A DNA stretch of 64,000 nt from an uncultured delta proteobacterium (GCA_963815115.1 CAWFFN010000009.1:1216001-1280000); one strand, 5' to 3'; shown: positions 19,152 through 28,756, counted from the first letter of the stretch. Notes: generated from the letters alone by a model not told the origin. Made by a program: numbers and translations.

Positions 19152-19613
19152 TCATCGGCATGTGCTGTAGCAGCCGCCGAGATTCTCGCGGCAGGCGTTC
19201 CCGGCTTCGGCAGCACTGGCTCTGGCCGCGTCGCCGGCTGGGCCGACTGGGGCGGAGTACCAGGTGTGGTCGAGGCACTGATTGTACAGGGCCTGACACT
19301 CGCGGACACATTGCCCGCCGGCCGTAGTCTGCACGTTGGGCACGGGCGGCATGGGCGTGCGCCGCACCGGGGGCACGGCGGGCGTCGTGGCGCACGCCGT
19401 CGCGAGCATTGCGACGAAAAGTGCGAGCGCCAGATTCCGTGTGCCGCCCCGGAGGGTAGTCAGAGCAGCGATCCGCATCCACGCCGACACGCTCAGCTTG
19501 GCACGGTGGGCGGCCTGAGCGATCCGGCGCCGCTCGGCGGCGGTCAGGTACACGTACAGGGTCACGCGGTCGGGAATCTCCGGCGGTCGGCCTGGGCCTT
19601 TTCGTGCAGGCAT
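19152..19613 (-). CDS. RHH-like DNA-binding domain fused to TM/lipobox segment and Cys-rich domain
   Basis: VTLYVYLTAAERRRIAQAAHRAKLSVSAWMR, then LALALFVAMLATAC, then CxxxC motifs. Confidence 0.55.
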   Translation of the reverse strand: MPARKGPGRPPEIPDRVTLYVYLTAAERRRIAQAAHRAKLSVSAWMRIAALTTLRGGTRNLALALFVAMLATACATTPAVPPVRRTPMPPVPNVQTTAGGQCVRECQALYNQCLDHTWYSAPVGPAGDAARASAAEAGNACRENLGGCYSTCR

Positions 19614-19652
19614 GATTGGGACATCCTAATTCCTGCCTGCACGAATTGTCAA
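19601..19652 (-). promoter_or_regulatory. Sigma70-like promoter overlapped by a 12-bp inverted-repeat operator
   Basis: TTGACA (19652-19647), 18 bp, TAGGAT (19628-19623); TTCGTGCAGGCA (19601-19612) and TGCCTGCACGAA (19634-19645). Confidence 0.65.
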
Positions 19653-19981
19653 CCGACCCGCCGCCGGTCGAGCCAGCGCCGGAGCCCGGCCTCGTCGAAC
19701 ACCAGCCGCCGCCCGAGCCGTCGGGCGAACGGCAGGCGGCCGGCGCGCGCCTCCCGGTAGAGCCAGCCCCGCGACATCCCGGTGCGGCGCATGACCTCGG
19801 CGACGTCGAGAGCATCGGAAACGGGAGGGGCGCTCCCCCCGTTTGGTGCCGGCGCCGTCGCAGTCGTCCAGACCGCGAACTTGAGCGCCTCGAGCTCGCC
19901 GACGACCTGGGCGGCCTCGAGGGCGTCGACGCGGTCGGCCAGGGCGCGGAGCGCGGCGCGAAGATCGGCGCCGTCCGTCAT
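19649..19981 (-). CDS. AlpA/excisionase-like HTH protein
   Basis: LDVAEVMRRTGMSRGWLYREARAGRLPFARRLGRRLVFDEAGLRRWL. Confidence 0.8.
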   Translation of the reverse strand: MTDGADLRAALRALADRVDALEAAQVVGELEALKFAVWTTATAPAPNGGSAPPVSDALDVAEVMRRTGMSRGWLYREARAGRLPFARRLGRRLVFDEAGLRRWLDRRRVG

Positions 19982-20187
19982 GAGCCCTCCGTGGCCGGCT
20001 TGCGCTCGGCCTCGAGCCGGCGGTGATACTCCGCCGGCCAGCACCACCAGCAGCGCCCTGCTGCGGCGATCCCGGCCCTCGGGACGCGACGCCCGCAGTC
20101 GGTGCAGGTCGCCGGCGCCACGTCATCGCCGGCCGACGGCCACGGACCGCAATCCGACCAGGCCTGGTCAGGCGAGCGCACCCACAT
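19978..20187 (-). CDS. Small putative Zn-finger protein
   Basis: CTDC...CWWC; overlaps the flanking genes at both start and stop. Confidence 0.5.
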   Translation of the reverse strand: MWVRSPDQAWSDCGPWPSAGDDVAPATCTDCGRRVPRAGIAAAGRCWWCWPAEYHRRLEAERKPATEGS

Positions 20188-22522
20188 CAGGTGCCCTTGG
20201 GTCCGGAGATCGGGTGACAGGTAACGCACTCGTCGCCTTCCACGCCCCGGTGCCGCCACCGGCGGCCGCCGCACCGCACGCAAACCTGCCCGAGGCCGGT
20301 CTCGAAGATCGGGGCATCGTCGCCCGCCGGCTCGGGGTCGCAGCCGCTGCACTCGGTCGAGCCGCAGGTCGCGCAGGCGAGCCGCAGAGGACCGGCCCCG
20401 TTGCCATCCTTGCCGTCGCCTGCCCCCGAGGAAGTGCGGGAGAAGCGGCAAGAAACAGGGGTCTCGGGACTCCTTCTCTCCCAAGACTTTCCGGGAGGCG
20501 TCTCTTGCGGCCCTTGTGCCGCAACACCCGCGAGAGACTCCTCTTCGCAAAGCCCACTCGCAGCAGGGGTTTTCGCGTTTGACGTTTCTTGCCGCGGCCA
20601 CGCCTGATTCATCCCCACCACGAAGACGGGATGCCCACGGCGGGCAACATCCTTTACGAGGCGCCACCGGGCGCCGTTCTCGCGGTCGAGCACGGTGCGA
20701 GCGACCGCCCGGGAGACCGTGCCATCGCCATGCAGGAGGTCCACCGCCTCGGTCCGAGCCAGCGGCAGTTCGTCGGCCGCCGCCCGGCGGTCCACCTCAG
20801 CCACGAGGCTGGCGACGAGCTCGGCCTCGGTCGCTGCCCGCTCGGCCTCCGTCTGCGCCCGGGCAGCTTCCCCGGCCGCGTTCAGCTCCGCGGTCACTTC
20901 GCGCAACGACCAAGGCACCACGGCGAGCGTGATCTCGAGGGCGAAGGGCTCTGGTTCCTCGCCCACCCGGAACTTCGAGGGCACGAAGGCGAGCACGTAG
21001 CGATCTCGCCGGGTGCGGCGCGTCGCCCGCTCGGCCCACGCCTCCCGGCCCGCCGCCGGGAGCTCGGTCCACCAGTCCTTCGTCCCGCTCGGCTGAAAGC
21101 CGGTGGCGTCCCGCACCTCGTAGGCGATGTCGGCCCGGTCCTCGATGACCCCGCTCCCGCGCCCATGCGAGCCGCTCTTGATGGTGTTGCCGAGCACGAG
21201 GATCGACGGCCCATCGGCCCGGTGGACGATGTCGAGCAAGGGGGCGATGGCTTTCGAGGCTTGGCGGAATCCTGCTCGCCCACCCCCTCGGTGGACGCAT
21301 CGAGGGAGTCGACGATCACGAGTGCGTAGGTGCCGAACGGGAACGTGCGCCATGCCGCGGCATCGGTGAGCGGCGGCACCTCATCGCGGGTCAAGACCCG
21401 CAGGGTGGTGAGGTCCGCAGCCCCCCACGCACGGAGCCGTCGGCGGATTTCGCGCTTGGCGTTGTCGCGGTCGAGCAACAACACCGCGTGGCCTGCCCGG
21501 GCGAGCTGGATGGCGAAGGCATACGCGACGTGGGTCTTGCCGAGCCCTCGTGGCGAGAAAAAGTTCGTGAGCGACCCCGGGCTCAGCAGGCGAGGGACGA
21601 GCCAGTCGAGCGCGGGATCATCGCCGGCGAGAAACTCCGCCGCCGTGACGGCCTTGCTCCAGACCTCGCCCGAAGCGCCCCCACTCGTGAACGCGGCGCC
21701 AGCGTCGAACGTGTCGGGCCCGAACCACGTCTCGAGCTTCTCGAGCACGCCGGCCCCAAGCAGCTCGGCCAGGCGTGTGCCGCCGGTGGCGTGGCCTCCC
21801 TGGGCCAACCGCCGCGCCGTCGTCAGCACATCCTGGACGCGGGCACGTGTCTCCTCGTCCCCGGCGAGCCGTGCCGCCGTCCCGATGATCGTCTGCACGG
21901 CGTCCACCGCCACGGCCCGCCGCAGGAGGTAGCCCGCGGCAGCGAGGGCGATCTCGTGACGTACCCCGACCGTGCGCGGCCAGGCGCGGCCGAGGAGTGC
22001 GGTCACGGCGATGGAGCGGGCGGCATCCACGAGCGGGGCAGCCGGAACGATGGCTGGCGTCCGCGGGGCGCCGTCGAAGGCGATCGTCTCCCCGCTCGGA
22101 TGCACCGAGGGCGGCCACACCGTCTGCGAGCCGGTCGAGAGCAGCTCGACGAGCATCTCGGACTTCTTCGTGATCGGATCCGGTGGCGTGGTGTACTTCG
22201 TCGTCACCGGCGGCGGGCTGCACCGATAGAGCCAGTGCGACCGCGGTTTCCCGGGGCGTCCGAAGATGAGCGGCGTCGGCGGCAGGAACGTTGCCGCGAC
22301 GGCGACGGCTTCGGGCGCGTCCAGGTCGACGTCAACCAAACCGCCCGACGGCTCGCCGTTCAGGACGCCGAGATTGCTCTCGGGGTGGAAGTGCACCACG
22401 GACTCTTCCGTGTGGCGTTCCGCAGTCCAGTTGTTCCGGCCCGGATTCTTCGAGCCGCGGGGAATTTCAATCGGCGCGAAGCCGGCGCGCAGATACCGCC
22501 GGGCGGCCTCGATGCTGGTCAT
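20187..22522 (-). CDS. Bifunctional primase-polymerase fused to RepA-like AAA helicase (frameshift near 21258)
   Basis: NLGVLNGEPSGGLVDVDLD; QTVWPPSVHPSGE; WLVPRLL, Walker A SPRGLGKT, Walker B LVIVDSL; HGRGSGVIEDRAD in the second frame. Confidence 0.85.
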
Positions 22523-22530
22523 CGAGCGGG

Positions 22531-22755
22531 TTACCGTGCGGCGTCGGCCGTGAGCGCCGCGCCGAGGTGCAGTCGGCACTCGATCTCGTGCACGTCACGC
22601 AAGAGGCGCAGAGAGAAATCGAGTGCACAGGCAGCGTGCACGAGCAGCTCGGCGGTCCGGCCGACCCACAAGATGTGCGGCGCGTCGAGCGGCTCACCGC
22701 AGTAGATGCAGGCGGCATCCTTGACGCCGGCGCCCGGAATCGGGAACATCACCAT
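22531..22755 (-). CDS. Small Zn-binding hypothetical protein
   Basis: CIYC...HAAC; AAGGAG RBS. Confidence 0.55.
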   Translation of the reverse strand: MVMFPIPGAGVKDAACIYCGEPLDAPHILWVGRTAELLVHAACALDFSLRLLRDVHEIECRLHLGAALTADAAR

Positions 22756-22813
22756 GTCACCAACTCCTTCCGGCGCCCCGGGGGACCGAGACAGCCCCCG
22801 GGGCGCCTCCGAC

Positions 22814-23209
22814 CTAGAACGGGATATTTTCGTCTTCGGGTGACGGAGAGGCGGGTGCGGCGGGTGGTGCGCTCGCCGCGTTCCGCTCGAGCGGCACGAA
22901 GCGCACGCCGAGACTCGACTTGCCGTTCATCACGACCGGGACGCGGTGCACCGTGACGTTCGCACCAGTCCACGTCGCGCCGTCTCGACCCAAGACCTCG
23001 GCGAGCGCCGCGTAGTTGGTACGGTTCAGCAGAAACGGCTTGTCGACCCCGACGAACGTCAGCACGACCTTCGGCCGGAGCACCCCCGTCTGCGGGTCTT
23101 TGACTTGTTCCACCGCGGCAGACTGAATTTGAATCACGCGGCCTGACGGGACGGGGAACGTAGCGTTGTTGTGGTATCGGGTCGGGAACAATTCGTCATC
23201 GTTGAACAT
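22814..23209 (-). CDS. Phage-type ssDNA-binding-like protein
   Basis: Beta-rich body with LNRTN...W.G motif, Pro-rich linker, acidic EDENIPF tip like SSB. Confidence 0.65.
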   Translation of the reverse strand: MFNDDELFPTRYHNNATFPVPSGRVIQIQSAAVEQVKDPQTGVLRPKVVLTFVGVDKPFLLNRTNYAALAEVLGRDGATWTGANVTVHRVPVVMNGKSSLGVRFVPLERNAASAPPAAPASPSPEDENIPF

Positions 23210-23307
23210 TTCCAGTCACCTTTCTGCCAGCTCTCACCGCGCTGGCGGCGGGTACACGCTCATTCGAGAAGAGGAGTCCGGCGGCGGGCCGCGGCTCCAG
23301 CGCGCCG

Positions 23308-23553
23308 TCATCGCACCGGCTCCCGATCGTCGGCGCGTGCCCCGAGCTCGCGGCGGCGTGCCTCGTGTTCCTCGAGCGCTCGGACGCGATCGCGGACCGC
23401 ACAGCGCACCAGCTCCGCCATGGAGCAGTTCTCGAGGGCCGCCGCGCGATGCCAGCGCGCCACCTCCGGCGCGGGGATGCGGAAGGCAACGACCTTCTTC
23501 GCGCTTGTGAACTTCACGTTGCGCAGCGTAGTGCGCGACGTGGTGCCAATCAA
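23308..23553 (-). CDS. CopG/RHH-like small regulator
   Basis: VVAFRIP...WHRAAALENCSMAELVRCAV. Confidence 0.5.
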   Translation of the reverse strand: MIGTTSRTTLRNVKFTSAKKVVAFRIPAPEVARWHRAAALENCSMAELVRCAVRDRVRALEEHEARRRELGARADDREPVR

Positions 23554-24236
23554 CTAGCTTGCTGGCGGTTTAAATCGCTTCCGAGGCGGCTTAATTCGCG
23601 GTCGAGGCGGTTTAATTCGTCGTCGAGGCGGTTTAATTCCGGTCCGGGTTCGCCGCCGTCCGCTGTGGCGCCGGTACGCCTCTTCGACCCGCTCATGGAG
23701 CCGATCGATGTCCTGACGGATTTCGTCCGGAGTCCGATCAGGAGCCGCCGTCCCGAACGTCACGCGCCGGCCACACCGCCAGCACATCCGCCACCCGGAG
23801 AACATCAGCGCCAGGGTGGCAGCAACAACAACATCACGCCGATGGGGCGCGTTTTCCTCTGCAACCGGTGCACGTAGTCGACCGTGGCCACGACGCAGGC
23901 GGTAAAGAGCACCTCGTGGGGGCGACCGCGGCCGCGTGGGCCACGGGGGAGTTGGTCAAGGTGATAGAACCAGTGTGCCGCCCGACACAGCCCTTCGTCG
24001 GTGCGCGGGTTGCTACCCGTGCGCTCCTCAAACGCCTCGGAGAGCGAGCGGGCGGCGGTCCCGAGGAGGTCCTCCGCCCGACAGGGCGCGGTCTCGAAGA
24101 GGTCGCCCGTCCATGCGGACAGCACTGGCCCTGATGCGGGCGGCGGCACACCATCCGGGTCGCTGTCGGCCGCCACATCCTGGCGCAAGCCCGCGCCACA
24201 CAGTGCGCACTCTCTCCGCGGCCTCGTCCTCGCCAT
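23554..24236 (-). CDS. Hypothetical protein (two ORFs possibly joined by a frameshift near 23845)
   Basis: CALC in 23805-24251 and CWRC in 23554-23805; one extra base in a homopolymer would fuse them. Confidence 0.35.
23564..23640 (+). repeat. Four 21-bp-period direct repeats (GGCGGTTTAATTCG), iteron-like
   Basis: Copies start at 23564, 23585, 23606 and 23627. Confidence 0.75.
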
Positions 24237-24426
24237 CCCGCCGTCTCCCAAACCCGCCGCCTTGAACGCCGCGGGGCGAGGGGCGGACGGCGAGGTCCAC
24301 GCCCCTCTAGCGCCCGGCCGGGCGCCCCCGCGGTCGAGGGGATGCTACTCGCTCCCTTGGGGCTGTGCGAGGTCGAGGTCCACCGCCGCGCGCCGTCACG
24401 CTACGACGAGAGCGAGCGCCCTGCGG

Positions 24427-25128
24427 CTAGCCTATTGGATCGCGCACTACTTCTTTCCCCTGAGCGGCCACCATCCGCTCGAACTGTTCCAGCATCCCGA
24501 TATGGTCCATTGTTCGGAGCGGCGCCTGGGAAAAGTACACATTGTCGCCATACGGAACCCCGTCGCGACGGTCGATCCGGAAGAAGCTGGGCAGCGGAAG
24601 CTGACCTGGATCGGGAAGCATCTCTAGCGCTTTGAGTCGAAACTCGGGGAGCGCGACATCATTCGGAACACTCGGGTCGTACTGTCTAACCGCGCCCGAG
24701 AGCCAGAGGCCCATCTGCTTTGCGAGTGGTGACGCCGCCCACTCTAGCGGCACGTCGAGACGAACCTCCACGTGGCTCGTGTAGAGCCGCCGAGGGCTGA
24801 TCTCTTGAGCGATGCCGTCTGCCGCGCTTAGGAGGTCATCGATCACCGCGTCCGCGTCGTCCGTGGAGGCTGGCGTATCGGCCGTGACCGCCTGCGGATA
24901 GAGAGCCAGGCTGTTGATGACAATCGGTCGCCCCTCACGGACAAACTTGCCATGCCTGAACACGATGGGTGTCGAACTATCCAGAGGGGCAATGTCCTTG
25001 GCCTCGACCGGAACATGCACAAAGCCGTATCGCTCGCGAAGGGCGGCGATGATGTCTGGTATGTAGACGGGCTTGAGCGGCGCGATGAGCCTAAAAGCCT
25101 GTGCGAAAAGCACGGCTTGAAGTTTCAT
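24427..25128 (-). CDS. Hypothetical alpha/beta protein, third gene of the toxin-antitoxin cassette
   Basis: 233 aa; lower-GC codon usage; ATGA overlap with the antitoxin stop. Confidence 0.75.
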   Translation of the reverse strand: MKLQAVLFAQAFRLIAPLKPVYIPDIIAALRERYGFVHVPVEAKDIAPLDSSTPIVFRHGKFVREGRPIVINSLALYPQAVTADTPASTDDADAVIDDLLSAADGIAQEISPRRLYTSHVEVRLDVPLEWAASPLAKQMGLWLSGAVRQYDPSVPNDVALPEFRLKALEMLPDPGQLPLPSFFRIDRRDGVPYGDNVYFSQAPLRTMDHIGMLEQFERMVAAQGKEVVRDPIG

Positions 25129-25606
25129 CCTCCAATGGCCTCAAGCGCGGGAATGTGAAGGAACGGCTGCGCCGCCCGAACGGGCTGCGTGGTCTTCCTG
25201 CCTTGTAGAAGTTCCGGGATGCCCTTGTTGTCTGCGGGTGGTTGGGATGCCTGGAGGGGCTCCTTGTGCAGTGACTTCACGACGTCTTCGACGCTTGCCA
25301 GCGGAGTTTCAACTAGGTCGGTGACGAGCCGAGTCGGATCAACAGCCATCCCAACCATGAGATCGCTAATAGTATTGAGGGTGCAGTTACCGGGCGAACA
25401 AAGCCAGCGCGTGATCTGCGATGGCTCCCGACGCAGCCGGTTGGCGAGGCGAAGTTTATTTATTTCGCCCGCATCCTCCAGCCGAGAAACTCCCTGATGA
25501 CAACGTCATACAGGACGTTCTGGAGGTTCCGCCGAAAGAACCACACGGCCTTCTCAGGAACGACCTCATCATCGAGGGACAAGTCGGGCGTGAGATAGGT
25601 AGGCAT
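25125..25606 (-). CDS. XRE/HigA-like HTH antitoxin with long C-terminal tail (frameshift near 25488; not in the ORF track)
   Basis: Manual translation: MPTYLTPDLSLDDEVPEKAVWFFRRNLQNVLYDVVIREF / SRLEDAGEINKLRLANRLRREPSQITRWLCSPGNCTLNTISDLMVGM... Confidence 0.7.
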
Positions 25607-26114
25607 CAGGATGTACCCCTTCCGTTACGGGCTCCTCCGGCAAGAGGCGATCCCACTCCTCCCTGCATTCGAGACTCGCTGCGGCAAATGCCTCTCGATC
25701 TGGTAGGTCCCTGCGGTATCGCCATGCGAGCGCGACGAAAACATTTCTGAACGCGAAACGACCAAAGATACGTATAGTCGGCTGCCTTCTGGTGCTTCTG
25801 ATCTCCCACACTTCCTCATGGCCGGGATCGATCCGTGCTAGATAGCTCTGCTCGTCGTCGCCGTCGTCGTAGTAGCCATCCCTGCGGACCGCCAGCTCTC
25901 GCCCCGACACGAATTCGAGCAAATCGGCACCGACCTCCGTCCATCGCTTTTGATCTTTCGCGGATGCTGGGCCCTCCAACAAAAGGCGGTGGATAGCGAC
26001 GGAAACATACAGCTCGCGGCCCCTGCCTCGGCTCGCGCGCTTCGGGAACACTCGGTGCAGGCGCCGTTCGTCGCATAGCCGGTTGATCGCCTCTCGATTT
26101 GACATATAAGTCAA
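25569..26114 (-). CDS. RelE/HigB-like toxin
   Basis: LARIDPGHEEVWEIRSTRRQPTIRIFGRFAFRNVFVAL fits the RelE-fold WEIR..R.F pattern; upstream of an HTH gene. Confidence 0.65.
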   Translation of the reverse strand: MTYMSNREAINRLCDERRLHRVFPKRASRGRGRELYVSVAIHRLLLEGPASAKDQKRWTEVGADLLEFVSGRELAVRRDGYYDDGDDEQSYLARIDPGHEEVWEIRSTRRQPTIRIFGRFAFRNVFVALAWRYRRDLPDREAFAAASLECREEWDRLLPEEPVTEGVHPDAYLSHARLVPR

Positions 26115-26476
26115 CCGCCGGCAGAGTCAACTCAAACCTCTAGGTTTTCTCGGGTCGTCCGCCACGAGCCCATGGCCGCTCGAGATTGGCCAGGATGGCC
26201 TCGACGCCGGCCACCCCGCACCCACGGACAGGCACTTACCTAGTGCACCGGCCCCGATCGCGCTGGCGAGGCACCCCGCCGCCCCGAGCTGGTCGAGGAG
26301 TCACCCCCGGTTGGGAACTCGGGCACCCCGAAGAACTCGGCGACGACCGCCGCCCTTTCCGCTGCGTCCTCGGGCACCCAGCCGAGGACCGCAAGGATGA
26401 CGTCGTGGCAGGGGTCGGATCGGGCACGGTGAGCTTGTAGCCCAGTCTCAGCCGACGAGGCTACAGAGTCCTTGAG

Positions 26477-26737
26477 TCATCGCGGACCGACTTGGACGTT
26501 GAGGCTGCGACTATTGCCGTAGACTGCGGCCCGGCACCCTGCTGGGTCCCCGCCCTGACGGATGCAGCTATCAACGTCCGCAGCCTGGCGTTCGCGAGCG
26601 CGAGCTTCGGCCTCGCGACGTGCGCAGTAGGGGCTGTTGTGAATGCCTGCGATGCGAGAGCCCTCGTCGCCGCAAGGGACCATGCAGCCCACCAAGCCGA
26701 CTACTGTGACGAGGCACGCGCTCGGCAACAGGCGCAC
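26477..26737 (-). CDS. Small lipoprotein
   Basis: Lipobox LVGC after a hydrophobic stretch. Confidence 0.5.
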   Translation of the reverse strand: MRLLPSACLVTVVGLVGCMVPCGDEGSRIAGIHNSPYCARREAEARARERQAADVDSCIRQGGDPAGCRAAVYGNSRSLNVQVGPR

Positions 26738-26865
26738 GCTTGAGGGCTACCAATGTTCCCCTAGTCCTTCAAGGTGGGCGCCGAGGCGAGCCCGCTCCCA
26801 ACCCCGACGGCACCGCGTCCCGTCACCCTCCCAGGACGCGCGGGCGCGGGGCCGCCGGGTTCACG

Positions 26866-27087
26866 TCACCGCCGCGGCCGCCCACCGCCCGCGAGGCGAG
26901 CGGCCTCCCGCAGCAAGACCTGCCGCACCCAGGACTCGCGCGAGACGTGACAGCCCGCCGGAGCCCGTGCCTGGGCGCGCTGCACGGCCTCGTCAACCGC
27001 GCCAAGGAGCCCGTCGACGTCGCGCAGGAGGAAACTCCGGACGTGCCGCCGGGCCGGTGGCGGGACGGTGAAGTCGTCGTCGGTCAC
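26866..27087 (-). CDS. Small RHH-like protein
   Basis: SFLLRDVD...VSRESWVRQVLL; GTGA overlap with the upstream gene. Confidence 0.45.
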   Translation of the reverse strand: MTDDDFTVPPPARRHVRSFLLRDVDGLLGAVDEAVQRAQARAPAGCHVSRESWVRQVLLREAARLAGGGRPRR

Positions 27088-27419
27088 GGCGCCTCGTCCT
27101 GGTCGTGCTCGTCGGCATCATCCTCCCAGAACACGTCGGCGCCCTCGGCCCGCGCGCGGCGCTTGACCTCGTTCCAGACGCATTCCGACAGCGTCGTCTC
27201 CGGGTCCAACCAGGGTCGGAATTCCCGGGCCTGCTCGTGCCGCTGGAGCGCGCCGCAGGTGCTGCCGCGCCAGTCCTCGATCACGCGCAGCGCATCCCAG
27301 GTCCCATTCCCCTCACGTTCGATCCGGCCCGCTTGCTCGGCCCGCACGATCGCAGGCTGGCTCACGCCCAGGATCCGGGCTAAGGCGACGTTCGTCTGAA
27401 CGATCGCGTACCACGGCAT
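27084..27419 (-). CDS. Terminase small subunit (Nu1)/Rpp-like winged-HTH protein
   Basis: ALARILGVSQPAIVRAEQAGRIEREGNGTWD...VIEDW resembles a Nu1-type DNA-binding domain; directly downstream of the cos-like site. Confidence 0.6.
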   Translation of the reverse strand: MPWYAIVQTNVALARILGVSQPAIVRAEQAGRIEREGNGTWDALRVIEDWRGSTCGALQRHEQAREFRPWLDPETTLSECVWNEVKRRARAEGADVFWEDDADEHDQDEAP

Positions 27420-27543
27420 GTGATTCCCTCCGGGGGTTACTCAGCACCACGTGGGTTTCCCCGCCTCCTCGGGCGGGAACCGTCGGCGATCCGCACGGTT
27501 GCTGCGCCGACGTGCTGGCCGTGTGACCCCCTTTTTGGGGGTC

Positions 27544-27605
27544 AAATAGCGGGGCACGCTGCCCCCCGCTGACCCGAGTAGCTTTCCGAGACGGCGGAAG
27601 GACCC
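27544..27605 (-). other. Lambda-like cos site (cosQ-cosN region)
   Basis: Minus strand GGGTCCT (cosQ; 27605-27599), with CGCTATTT starting 54 bp later, as in lambda cos. Confidence 0.6.
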
Positions 27606-27626
27606 GAACCGTTCGCAGCGAGAATG

Positions 27627-28205
27627 CTAGCGCTCATCGCTGCGGTGGGGCCGTTGCACGCGGAGCGCCCGGCCGAGGAGGACGCTGCCGTCGAGGCATG
27701 CGATGACGGCGTCGGCATCCTCGGGGTCCTTGAGCCAGACGTGGGCCGAGGACCTGCCGTTGCCCGAGTGCATGACGACCTTCCAGACCGGAGCGACGGG
27801 CGCGATGTGGTCCTCCAGGTCGACCTCGCATGCGTTGTTCGGGACGTTCCCGATGTACACATGCGCGCCCTGGCGGCCGGCTGGCGGGGCGGGGCGCGGA
27901 GGAGCCTGGCCGGGTGGCGGACGCTTGGAGACGCGCACCGTCCGGCCGAGGAGCGGGCGCGCGGGGAGCGCGGCCAGGGCGCGCTCGGCCTCATCGACCG
28001 TGCGGAAGAGCACCACGGCGGCCTCGACGTCGCCGCGGTCGTTCCGCAACGGGGTGACCTCGAGGGGCGTGATGCCGCTGCCCTCCTCGACGTAGCGACG
28101 GAGCTGGCCCTGCGTCACCTGGCCCGGCAGGCCGCCGAGAAACAGCTCGCACGCGCGCCGGGCCAACGGGGAGAAGCGGGGCTCGACCACCGTGGACCCA
28201 GGCAT
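27627..28205 (-). CDS. Tandem RRM RNA-binding protein
   Basis: RNP2 motifs LFLGGL and VYIGNV; each domain ends LLGR.(V/L)RV. Confidence 0.8.
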   Translation of the reverse strand: MPGSTVVEPRFSPLARRACELFLGGLPGQVTQGQLRRYVEEGSGITPLEVTPLRNDRGDVEAAVVLFRTVDEAERALAALPARPLLGRTVRVSKRPPPGQAPPRPAPPAGRQGAHVYIGNVPNNACEVDLEDHIAPVAPVWKVVMHSGNGRSSAHVWLKDPEDADAVIACLDGSVLLGRALRVQRPHRSDER

Positions 28206-28206
28206 G

Positions 28207-28747
28207 TCAGCTCGCGAGCACTTCGGGACTGAACAGGATCTCAGGAGAGGCGTCGCCGCGGCGATCGAGCGTGATGCCCTGCTGCGCAGCGCTGCAGATC
28301 AACTTCTCCTCGTCGAGCTCGAGGGTGCGCAGGCGGTCGCGCAGGGCGGCAAGGCCTGCGGGGCGCTCGGCCGCCGGGATCGCCGCCCGGACCAACTCGG
28401 GACCGGCCGCGTAGATCGCCCGCAGGCGCGCCCGCAGCACGGCAAGGAGCGGCTCACGGTGAACCGTTGCGATGAAGGCCGCCGCGCGTTGCGCCTCATA
28501 CTGTGGATCGGGCACGAGCAGCTCGACCGTCCCAAGGTCCCCGCCGCCCGGGCGGATGAACGCGGCGAGCACGGGCGTCGGGTCGTAGAGTTTGGCGAGC
28601 CGGTCGACGCTCGCGACCAGGGCGTCCTCGGCCTCAGGACAAGGCAGGGGGGCGCCGGCAATGGTCTGCAGCTCGGCCGTGGTCGCGGCAATCTGCGCGC
28701 GCAGGGCCGTGACGGTGGCGGTGATGTCGTCACTCGGCTTCTTCATG
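28207..28747 (-). CDS. Hypothetical helical satellite protein
   Basis: GAGGAG RBS before MKKPSDDIT; coiled-coil-like. Confidence 0.6.
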
Positions 28748-28756
28748 CGCTCCTCC

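Noticed and set aside
23564-23640. Possible mini-CRISPR array
   Set aside because: Period is only 21 bp with ~7-bp variable parts, too short for spacers; no cas genes in the window.
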